Source: Phoronis australis (taxonomy: Eukaryota; Animalia; Phoronida). From it: a stretch of 37,477 nucleotides of DNA. The DNA is taken from positions 38,382 through 75,858 of the forward strand of contig NMRA01000772.1 of NCBI GenBank assembly GCA_002633005.1, written 5' to 3'. A program made the position numbers and the translations under genes. Under the pieces are notes generated by a model. That model made no database searches and had not been told where the DNA came from. It was given only the letters and a program-made list of their open reading frames with translations. Shown piece by piece: positions 10,838 through 37,477 of the stretch (the first letter of the stretch is position 1; each line of letters opens with the position of its first letter).

Positions 10838-11813
10838 GTTGTTGTCACGTGACGTTTGTTTTGAACTGAAGTTCCTCTGCGTGTGTGAGAGTGAGCGAGC
10901 GTGTGCGTGCCTTCAGAAATCATTTGCCAGAGTAAACGCAAAGTAACGATCTAGGTGTGCATTGTAACCAAAGAAATTAACTCAAGCAGTAAAGCAGAAA
11001 GTGTTTTATTTAGCATTTGTTGGCCTGGCCTTATCTGTTGAAAAACGTTCGAGAATTGTCTCGGTAAGGCCGATATTAAATGTCACTGACTGGATGCATA
11101 ACAGTATAACAGTGTAAGCATCTTTCCTACAGATTCCAAAAATGTGGTCCAAAAGTACTGTCAACCAACTATTTTTTTGCAAATCTGGCTTGTTTGAGGG
11201 CTACCTGAAATCGCGGTCAATTTCTCAGTTGCTACACAACAATGCACAATTGCAACAGGGGGCCACCATCTTGAAGAAGAGTGCAGCTACAGCTGAGAAA
11301 GTGGCCTTTTTTCATTCTCAGCATGTTCACAAGTACAAACAAACGACATTCACTGAGCCTACATGCAATGCCTACCTACAAAATGCCCCCAAACTTGCAT
11401 TCTGGCAATGGTTGTATCCGCTATCAAATGATGATAAATTAACACCACATGCAATATTATCTCTAAACACTTCCACTTTCGTTCATGTTTTTGCGTGACT
11501 AATTTTACGCGTTATACAAATGCATGGAGTTGAATTCACTGTCTCTAACAAGGTTTGAAAGGTCAGTTCCAACTGACGGATTAGAGTTCGAAGTCCACGA
11601 TTTCGACACGACCAAAAATTTATTAGTCCTATTGCCAGATAACAAACAAGGTGGACTCTTTCTCTAATCTGTTACGGCATGTTGCCAGCCTGTTACTACA
11701 TACCAGGAATCCACCCGAGGTTTATAATACCGCATGCAGCTACTGACTGAAGACATGTAAGCTTATGCAATAACAGGACAATTTTGTCCCACTTGTCTCA
11801 TTTGGTTAGTTAA

Positions 11814-12000
11814 GCACCACACAGCTTCAAGGATCACACAGCTTCATGGACCACACAGCTTCATGGACCATACAGCTTCATGGACCATACAGCTTCATGG
11901 ACCACACAGCTTCATGGACCATACAGCTTCAGGGACCACACAGCTTCAAGGACCACACAGCTTCAAGGACCAAACAGCTTCAGGGACCACACAGCTTCAG
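11814..12000. repeat. 17-bp minisatellite, 11 copies (GGACCACACAGCTTCAN)
   Basis: Counted directly: 11 contiguous units with no spacers; the last unit contains the TMEM203 stop codon. Confidence 0.95.
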
Positions 12001-12401
12001 GGCATCTTGCAACCGCGTAACATAAATACTGTCATTAGGACAAAAAATGGGGACAAAATCTCTGAGTATGTCAGACTGTTCTCCATGGCAAATTTCTGGC
12101 ATAAAAGAATTTTAAAGACAAACAATGGAATGATGCAAGTCATGCTTGACAACAATCTCAGCGCCGCGGCTCGTAACTCCGCCACCCTGTACATTCGAAC
12201 AAATACTATGACGCAGAAGTAGGTGTTCAGTCCATCACATGCGAACAGTGGTATGAAAACTGACCACCAGGAAATGTCCATGACATTTGAATGTTTCAGA
12301 GTTCCTGTGATGGAAAATACAAAGATACTGATGAGCTGTACCCAGATTTCGAAGCTCGTCATTCCGAACCACTTGACGATTTCTTTAAGTGAGAACAGCA
12401 T
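11997..12401 (-). CDS. TMEM203: Transmembrane protein 203, 134 aa, single coding exon
   Basis: MLFSLKEIVKWFGMTSFEI...SWWSVFIPLFACDGLNTYF...LLCQK...SPFF...RGC parallels human TMEM203 (MLFSLRELVQWLG...SWWNVFVPFFAADGLSTYF...LLCQK...RAC) end to end; several hydrophobic helices. Confidence 0.95.
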   Translation of the reverse strand: MLFSLKEIVKWFGMTSFEIWVQLISIFVFSITGTLKHSNVMDISWWSVFIPLFACDGLNTYFCVIVFVRMYRVAELRAAALRLLSSMTCIIPLFVFKILLCQKFAMENSLTYSEILSPFFVLMTVFMLRGCKMP

Positions 12402-12511
12402 CTTTCGATCTTAACAACTGTATGCCGCGGGTAAGATGAAGTTCAAAGGTTACAAGGTCAGGAGAGAGTCTTTGTTCCATCTACACTCAGGAGACATTGA
12501 TCATAAGGTTA

Positions 12512-14041
12512 CTGCAAAGGAAATAATGAACACATTGTAAACCACAGTAACAAAACAGCAAACGAAACAATACAACTTTCATCCAAATCTATGATAATTG
12601 TAGCCACTTGTTTATCAAAGTTGAAACTTATAAGCCTCTTTGAAATTTTTACAAGTGAACACAAACTGACTAATTACTGTACATCTATGTTATCAGTGCA
12701 TGGAGAGACATAGGCAATTACATCGCCCTGGATGCCACAGGCATACAGGGGCGATAGTACACCCCCACAAAAGGTTACTCATTTCAAAATACAGCAAATA
12801 AAATCAAATAAACCATACATATAGGAACATGGAGTTATAATCAACACATACCATGACTCTGGATACAATTTAGTCAGCAAAACTTGAACAAATCGATGAA
12901 AATCTGTCGCGGTTTGCTCGAGATTTTCTTACAGGGTGCCATTTTGAGGAAGTTATGTGAAATCACACATGTTGACGAATAAAAAGTCCAAGGGACACAA
13001 ATTTCAGCTGATACCTTCTCATGCCATGAAAGTGCCATGCACTAGTGTCACGCGCTTCCCTCAGTCTCGCGCTAGCCTTTGCCTAACTCACATGACTCAG
13101 TTGACCTACTATTTAAAGGTTATCGCGCGCGTGGTGAAAAAGTTAACGGCAACCAAAAAAGTGGAGTTGGAATTCTTCGCCAAAGTCACCTTAATTCTCA
13201 CAATCAAACTTCATCGAAGATATGTATAGAAGTAGAAAGGACCAATGAAGAAAGTAAGTGCTTTTTTAAATGATAGTTTTAAGTGTGGAATGTATTTTTG
13301 ACGAGGTGGAAACTCAAAATCGGTGACCGGATGTGGGTTACCGCCCGTTTAAAATACATGTAATGAAATGGGTACAGAAAGCAAATGGAAGTATTGTAGC
13401 CCCTAAATGGCCAACCGAGGGGCTATGTGTTGCCTAGGAGAGACACCACGTTGTCAAAGATCATGAGTACATCTTTTGCAGCATCATTGTGTTCAATAAT
13501 ATTTACGAAAAAAACGTATATTTGTGTAGTTGGAAAAGAGAATGTTTTGTAACGTTTTGAACTCCTACAATGAACCCTTTAGTGGAAACTTTTGTGGGAA
13601 ATCAAAACAGGTACCCTTTTATATCCAGCATTTTCTCAGAAAATATCAACAGTGGCACGATATAGGGTATAGTGAAAAAGTCAGCCTTGCATATATAGAG
13701 GTTCTAAAACAAAACCCTACCTTTTTAATGGAAGACCTCTTTTTCTAAATGGGTGGGCATCCTAATTTTCAGGCAGCAGCTCCCCATCAAAATATAGTAA
13801 AATACCCCCTCCATTGGGTCTTCGCCTTGGCAGATTAGGGACTATAGTACACACTTTCATAAATATAGCGAGTTGTCTTTCATCGCTTGAAGACGTTTAG
13901 TCTTTTAATCAATTTTCTCTTCAATGACATCATTAGAAAGGTCAGAAAATCTGTACTACACCATCATTCAAACTTTTGCAGAAATACCAGGGTCTACAGA
14001 ATATCAGATTCAGAATATATCATAATATATCGTCCGGTTAC
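12512..14041 (-). other. TMEM203: Putative 5'UTR intron of TMEM203
   Basis: Minus-strand donor ATAG|GTAACC at 14041 and acceptor ttcattatttcctttgcAG ending at 12512. Confidence 0.45.
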
Positions 14042-14200
14042 CTATTTTCGTCAGGCTCCAAAGTTCGTCCGCCATCTTGTTTCGCGTGCAGCGCAACCAC
14101 GCGGGACTTAGCGTTCCAATTTGGAGTTCTCGTCTGCACGTTAGGTACTAACTTATCGGAAGAGACACGTATCAAAGTAATGAGACAAAAATCGGTGAGT
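14042..14200. promoter_or_regulatory. Putative bidirectional promoter and divergent first exons of TMEM203 and NDOR1
   Basis: CpG-rich patch with a YY1 motif (CCGCCATCTTG, 14069-14079), flanked by outward-facing donors: minus GTAACC at 14041 and plus GTGAGT at 14195. Confidence 0.55.
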
Positions 14201-14288
14201 TTACCGATTGTTTTTTAAAACCACTTAAAAATCAGTAGATTTTACTAATACACTTTTTTGTGCGTTTTCAGAAGATGTTTTCGAATTT

Positions 14289-14495
14289 NNNNNNNNNNNN
14301 NNNNNNNNNNNNNNNNNNNNNNNNNNNNNNNNNNNNNNNNNNNNNNNNNNNNNNNNNNNNNNNNNNNNNNNNNNNNNNNNNNNNNNNNNNNNNNNNNNNN
14401 NNNNNNNNNNNNNNNNNNNNNNNNNNNNNNNNNNNNNNNNNNNNNNNNNNNNNNNNNNNNNNNNNNNNNNNNNNNNNNNNNNNNNNNNNNNNNNN
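14289..14495. other. Assembly gap (207 N)
   Basis: Run of N. Confidence 0.99.
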
Positions 14496-14992
14496 AAACT
14501 TTTTGTTCGAGCAGTCCCTATTTCAGTTCCCAAAATCGTGAACTCACCATTTTTATACTGCGCACGCTCCAATTTTTACCGCGCTCGCTAGGTGATGTGA
14601 CTTCATGACTTCAATCTTTAAATAGGCCAAAGGTGAGCCATTGCGGTCTTGTCAGTCAAATGTTCGTTTCCAAAATACTACCACTTATACTTGTCTTTAA
14701 TTGGCGTTACTTGAAATTGATTGTATTTCAATGAATTATTGTTTGTATTTGATAGAAATAAATGCTATTGATATGACATTTTTGTGCACATATTTGACAT
14801 TTTAATGTTTAACAACACGGCAAAATATGCACGGCTGGTTCCTGGCATCACGTACGCGAAGGGCGGGAACTTCAGCTTTCAAAGTTCGCCGGTAGGTCCG
14901 CAACTTCTGACCTTCGGCCTGCTTAAAAAAAATGAAAATGTTGATTTCACGATTTTGGGAACTGAAATAGGGACTGCTCGAACAAAAAGTTT
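14496..14992. repeat. Inverted repeat with arms of about 55-60 bp around a spacer of about 380 bp
   Basis: aaactttttgttcgagcagtccctatttcagttcccaaaatcgtgaa (from 14496) is the exact reverse complement of 14946-14992; the left arm abuts the gap. Confidence 0.9.
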
Positions 14993-15162
14993 CATAACGG
15001 GAGTATTTGTTCGAGTTGGAAGGAATTAAACACATCGACAACCTCCTAAGGTGTTCCTCTATGCGCAAAAGGTATTTATAACAACATAACTTTGATGGTT
15101 TAGTCGGTGCGAGGCATAATTCGCCGAAAAGCTTCCGGCGTACAGAGCGCCTATAGCCTCTG

Positions 15163-15207
15163 CATCGCCTCTGGTTCGGACCAACAGAGGCGATGGTCAT
15201 TGCCTAG
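15163..15207 (+). mobile_element. Helitron-type 3' terminus (GC-rich hairpin plus CTAG|T)
   Basis: catcgcctctg...cagaggcgatg is a perfect 11-bp stem (15163-15195), followed by an 8-nt spacer, CTAG (15204-15207) and T. Confidence 0.55.
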
Positions 15208-15498
15208 TGTATGTACTGATTGGTATAGCATAATTGCACCCATTTTCAGGTCACTTTCATCTAATATTTTGCAACAAAATAATGCTTCCATTTGATTTTT
15301 GCAATGATGTCGTCTAAGAGAAAATTGAACAGGAGCGGGCTAAAATGTTACAAGTACGATTTTATGAATGTCGTTTTAGAATTATCGTATACAGTACTGA
15401 TATATGTGAATTCTGTTGGAAACAAAATTTGTGAATAATGTCAGATTTCATGTGTCCCATCCATTTTCCATTTTTGTTGAAAACCAGGATCTCTGTGA

Positions 15499-32296
<16,798 letters not shown>

Positions 32297-34269
32297 GAGT
32301 CATGATGCAGTCACTGGGTGACGATACGATCACGCGAGCTTGGTAGGATTTTGCGATTTCAAGCCACTGGATCCCAAGATCCCTAGGGTTTGGAATATAG
32401 AAGAAAATCTTACCGACACACAGAAGCTGAGAACTGACCACGATATATTTGCCAGCAACATATTGTACAAGAACTGGTCTGAATTATCACTTCATTTGCA
32501 AAATACATTCGTTGCAAGGCAATGGCGAACATCTGCTACTCCAACTTGGTAGTGTACAAGGTGACCTTAAGTGAGCACAAGTCTCATTAGAATCAAACTC
32601 CTTATTGGTCAAGAACTATATTAGGTCAGAGGTCAGATAAGTTGAAATATTCCGATTTGGGCTGTTTCCATATCAGAATTCCAATACGGGCGGCCCGTAT
32701 AGGAATATATATTTATGATTGAATTTAAAATGTTAAATTAAATACAAATTTCTGATTAAACCTCACAATTCTGGATAAAAAATCTCTTATTTCTTAAGAA
32801 TAAAACACAAGAAATCCTGTACACTTCCACACACCAAGAGCAATGAAACGACGGCAATCTCTTATTTCAATATGGGCCAGAAACTACTTCTTGTATTGGA
32901 ATGATGACGTCATTCTAATTCGAGCCAGATTCCGATAGGGTTTGGAGCACTCTTATGTCTGAGGTTTGCCTTCAGGAGAACATGCCCTGTGTCTAAGGGG
33001 TAAGAGGAGCGACACCTGCTAGCGATAGAACCCTCAGTCAAGTGTGAACTACTTTTTGTTTCACTTACACCATACTCTCTGTGTAACAACTTCATGCCGT
33101 GAATAATTCGCTCACAAGGAAAAGATGAATTTCTAAAGATGGACAATGATTATTTTGACTGCTGCTCGTTCAACTTTCTGAGTGGCTTTCACCAGGATCA
33201 AAGAGAGCGCAGCGTCCACGGACGCAGTGGTGATGACCCCATTGTCCAGTGTGAGCAAGACCCATTAAGTGTAATTACAGAGCCTAAACTATTTTAATAT
33301 TAAAATATTAAACAACTTTGCCTGCTCATATTGGAGGACTTTCAAAATGCATATACCAATAATTTTAGTTATAATAATTACATTACAACAGTATTCAGCT
33401 GGAAAAACCAACACAGTATGGTTTCGATTTTTAAAAATCGATGAACCAATAAACTAAAAACTACAAACATTGGTTACCAATTGAAGATAACGACCATGCG
33501 CAGATAAACTCGGACGATTTACAAAGTTAATGTTGATTATGATTAACAATACCGTTTATTCTTTTAGTATACAACTTAACTACATTACGATAGAAAACTC
33601 GGTGACCAAATTAAATGTCAATAGCCTTTAAGTCAGTGATAATCGCCCAGTTGTTTCGAGCTACTTCATTTGAGAAGTAGCGCGCTAACCTGAAAACTAT
33701 GATTTTTGGTAATCAGCAGGTGATTTGAAGTCAATGAGACGATCCAAGCAAAAGGTGAGGTGTGTCGGTGGGCTGGAGCTCATGATCAAAATCTGTCAGT
33801 GTTGTCATGACAATGAGCTAAATACACAAGATCATTGGTCGCTTACTTCAAGCTTAGAAATAAAATCAACAGATAGCAACTCGGCATGATACGGAGCAAA
33901 ATTGATTGGAGTATTAAAAATAAAATAACGAAAACAGTTATGAAACATTTTAATACCAATGAACGTTTGGGAAATGGCCCTTAGTCAAGATAATTAAAAG
34001 TTTCCATTTTTTTAATTATTTTATAATATCTAAAATGTCATCAAACCCATAACTTTGATATTCGGGCTGTAACCAATGATTTTTTAAATGTTCAAGCACA
34101 ACAAAAATTCTTTTTAAGATACATTAGTAACCCCGAACACCATATCTACAACTTAGATGTGATTCTTCCTGGGGTTTGAAGATTAAACGCCAAGCGTTTT
34201 GACCCCAAGAGATAAGAGGATTCAAAAATGAGACGTGTATGAAAAAAGAACAACAATTTTGATTGGTGT

Positions 34270-34565
34270 AAAGTGCTTGCCTCACAGACTTGAAAAGCAT
34301 TCAATTTAATAAAATCTTGTTTATCAAAATGCATTGTTCTTCACTATTAGTCTTTTTTAGATTATTTGATAACATCATTCTATCAATTCTAGGCTATAGT
34401 GCTGAGATTTGGGGCGTTTTAACTGTCACGTCTATAACAATGTTTAAAATGGTTTCGGCAAATATGTCCGAGTTTAGACCAAAACACTTCACTAAATGCC
34501 AAGGCTTAAAGGCGTAGGCAACCTTTTTATGTCATTTTTAGCAAAAATAAGGTTTGTTGGTTATC
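34270..34565 (+). mobile_element. Degenerate LINE ORF2 fragment (region C-terminal to RT)
   Basis: LFDNIILSILGYSAEIWG resembles the LF...V.PIL.YG.E.WG motif of non-LTR ORF2; frameshifts and stops follow. Confidence 0.6.
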
Positions 34566-34773
34566 CGAGACATATTTTTCAGTTAATTACAGCTTTTCCT
34601 AATTTGATTAATTACTCGTGCTCTACTCCGGAAGTGACGTTTTGGGAGGCAAGAATTTCGCGCCAATTTCTTTTCATGTAGTCTGACTGTGAGAGCTGTC
34701 CAGTCAGTCATTGTTCTACCTCGGTTGTGATAAGTTCGGTTGTTGTTTGCTTTTGTTCACAAAGTCAGACAAC

Positions 34774-35120
34774 ATGCCACACTGTTGCTGCGTACCGGGA
34801 TGTACTCACTATTGTCTCACGCGCTTTGGGAATACCAGGCTTTGCATCGCTTTCCAAAGGATAACACACTTCGCCGAACTTGGCTCGTGTGAAGAACGCA
34901 GTGTTACCCATCAACGCAACGTTCAAAGCAGTGGAGGGTTACCGAGTGTGTGGTAAGCATTTTCTGCCGTCAGATTACGAGAGGGATATGTACGCTGAAG
35001 TGAAGGTCCCTGCGAAACAACGCCTGAAGAAGGGTGCGATACCGTAGCTTTTCATTCCCGGCAGTGCTCCGTCGCCACCCCCGAGAAGTGCGTTTTTGAA
35101 GCGAGAAGCCTCACGATCTA
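34774..35120 (+). pseudogene. Frameshifted THAP zinc-finger ORF, probable DNA-transposon relic
   Basis: Across three frames: MPHCCCVPGC... / LHRFPKDNTLRRTWLV / ...YRVCGKHFLPSDYERD...RLKKGAIP*LF. This is the full THAP signature (CxxxxC, FP, W, CxxHF, AVP box) with two frameshifts and a stop. Confidence 0.85.
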
Positions 35121-36199
35121 TGGCCACTACAGTGACTGGAGGCACTTCATCTTCTGTCACCCGTGCCTCCGAAGGTACAGAGCGTGCAATTCTTGGAGTA
35201 GCAGTGATTCGCCCTGTGCTGTTGTTTCTAACACAGAGCCTGTGAGATGCTCTGCAGCGATGTTGAGTTGTGGGAGTGAATACAGGCCCAGTTCGACATC
35301 CATTGAAGAGGACAGTTCATCGTCTAACGAACAGAGTCAAACTTTGATAAGTTTGTTGTTTACTTGCCTGAAGTATTGGAGCTATTTAGAANGCCTGTGC
35401 ATACTCAGCCTCATTATACTCGGGCTCAAACATACAAAGTAACCCACCTACTGACTGTCCATGAAAAAATTCCTCGTCACCACTGCTATGTGAACAATGT
35501 CTCCGTTACTCACGTCACTACTGTCAATGTGATATGGGTCGCCGACTACAGTCATTTTCAGCTTAATACAAACTCTAAAGAATCCCTAAATCCAACATAA
35601 TTGGGTTCTCTAACAACCTAGCTTGTCGTTGAAATAAAGAACAGTAGAAATATTAGATATTATGGTGTGGAAAATGCAGCAACGCTGTCTATTGTATTTT
35701 GAATGACAGATCGGATCGTCTGCTCACTTAGGGTGGACACATAGCGATGAAAACAACTTTGATGTATTTTTAACATAAATTGTAAGCGACCAATGCGGGA
35801 TGAGACAAATTGTGCAAATTGTTCTTTCTACTGTCGATCCAGAATGAGGTGTGGAAATTCAACGCATAAGACTAGACTAGTCCTGAGAAGATCCGAACAT
35901 TGCGTGGCATTTAGACTCTTTTGATAATCCGAAGCCACAGGGGATATATATGTACGAATTGATCTATTGACTACTTTCCTAGGTATGTTTTGTCGTTCAA
36001 AGCATTCACCGAAGAATACTGGCCCCAAGGTGGTGACTACCGTGGTGGGTGCCTACGAGCACTTAGAATGGACCGGGATACAGAAAATAACAATGCCGCT
36101 CAAATGCAAGAATTTCGCAGAGTAAACGACGGCTTGCTGGAGCCAGGCGTTTTTTCTATGGTGGAAGCACATGAAACCAACGGATAGTCATGTGTGTGA

Positions 36200-36351
36200 A
36201 AGTGGAGTAGAAATGCCAAGGGGGCTATGCCCCCCCCTAAAACTCTCCCAGATTCCATTTGGCAATTCGGGGGTGCGAATGTCTGACGCCCAAAATCCTG
36301 GCTAGTACTCTGCTCTGGTCTCCCTAACTAAAAATCCTGGATCCGCCCCTG
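36200..36351 (-). mobile_element. Small non-autonomous DNA element(s) with terminus caggggcggatccaggatttt
   Basis: aaaatcctggatccgcccctg at 36331-36351, a second aaaatcctgg near 36292, and the palindrome gggggctatgccccc. Confidence 0.5.
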
Positions 36352-37268
36352 TAAACTCGAATGAAACAAACTAAAATGATTCAGCTGTTGTAAGTGATCT
36401 TTACTCAAGTCTCTATAACATACCACGTACATGTACGCGCGTTTATATAGGTTCATGTACCTACATCCGAACTAATGCATTTTACAGTTTTATCGGTGAC
36501 TAATGCGTTATGGTAACGCCGTTGCCGTAAAACCCGGCATATAGATGGCTTTCGAAATAGCCGACCCGTACTGAAATTCAACCAGCCGCCAGGCGGCGAT
36601 CAGGTCTTTGGTGGGGATGCGTTCAGCACATGCTCTCACAGATCCCATGTAATGGGGATGGGAGGTTTCAACCTAATAGTGTGAACGGCGTTTTAAGTAG
36701 CAATTTCTAATAGGCCCAATGGAATAAAAAAATCTACATGACCCGTCACAGAATTGGCTTAAATTTCACCTTTGGATTCATATCCACCTCAAATAACACC
36801 AACCACAATAATAAACTTCTTGACCTCTCCGTCTGTTTTAAACCCCCCTGAAATTTTTACTTGAAACATGGAAATATTTCAGCTTTATAATTTGCATGTT
36901 ATTTGTAATATTCTAAAACAGTGCATATTCATTTCACTTCTATGAGGCTGACATTATTGAGTACTCACTTTATTCATAGGGTCCGGTTCTGAGTAAGTTC
37001 ACACTATTAGGGTCATGATTTGAAGAAGTGCACTTTGAAAGGGTAGGTTTTGGGGCTGGAGCATCACAGTTTTTTCAAATTTGCTTGTTGAAACACATGC
37101 ACCCAAGTTTCTGGTGACAACTGCATTACAAGAACGAAAAACAGGGTGGGGTAGATACAGGCTAGAGTGATATCCTCTGACAAAACTAACAAAGAGGTAA
37201 ATAGATAAAGAGCTAATATTGAGTATTAATATGTACAATAAGAATGCTATTGAGACCTGCAACTTGCA

Positions 37269-37477
37269 TACGGTAAAGTCGCGTGATTTTCGGACGGCCC
37301 GCCATTTTCGACCAAGAATAAATATTTCCGAAATGAGTTTTTCATAGTCCACGAAATTCGTACAAGGTCCAAAAACTGTTTTTTAATGATCTTCCAACTT
37401 CGGACAATGTCATAAACGTCGGATTTTTGCCCCGCGACTTTCGGACAAGGAAAATTTTAGAAACGCTAATTTGGGAT
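37269..37477 (+). mobile_element. Probable left end of a TA-targeting (Tc1/mariner/pogo-like) element, cut by the window edge
   Basis: TA|cggtaaagtcgcg start with abrupt CpG enrichment, ttcggac subrepeat three times and an inverted cgcgacttt near 37433. Confidence 0.4.

Noticed and set aside
11946-11999. Selenocysteine or readthrough at the TMEM203 UGA
   Set aside because: The stop aligns with the normal TMEM203 C-terminus and I found no SECIS.
11814-12000. CRISPR array
   Set aside because: Units are contiguous without unique spacers, there are no cas genes, and the context is eukaryotic; it is a minisatellite.
11863-12222. 119-aa plus-strand ORF with repeats (DHTASWTIQLHGPHSF)
   Set aside because: Translation of the minisatellite plus the antisense strand of TMEM203.
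14225-14608. ORFs spanning the gap
   Set aside because: Artefacts of translating N.

Overview
This is AT-rich, intron-containing eukaryotic DNA from a draft assembly (207-N gap at 14289-14495; single Ns at 17850 and 35392), most likely a bilaterian invertebrate; it is not prokaryotic. I reconstructed three genes by hand. (1) A SOUL/HEBP2-family heme-binding protein with a predicted signal peptide (+, 4 coding exons, 5505-7785, 231 aa), with a TATA promoter carrying D-box and E-box motifs. (2) TMEM203 (-, single coding exon, 11997-12401), whose stop codon lies inside an 11 x 17-bp minisatellite. (3) NDOR1 (+, 15 coding exons, 15541-32296, 597 aa), head-to-head with TMEM203 as in human. A possible first coding exon of a fourth gene (-, 931-966) leads out of the window. 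The rest is transposon debris: Penelope GIY-YIG, two THAP relics, a LINE fragment, a tRNA-derived SINE, a Helitron-type 3' end, MITEs and a probable haplotype duplication. The most unusual structure is on the minus strand at 10160-10837: a Penelope GIY-YIG end, then a tRNA-like Pol III promoter, then a minimal hammerhead ribozyme. All calls come from reading the sequence; no searches were run.
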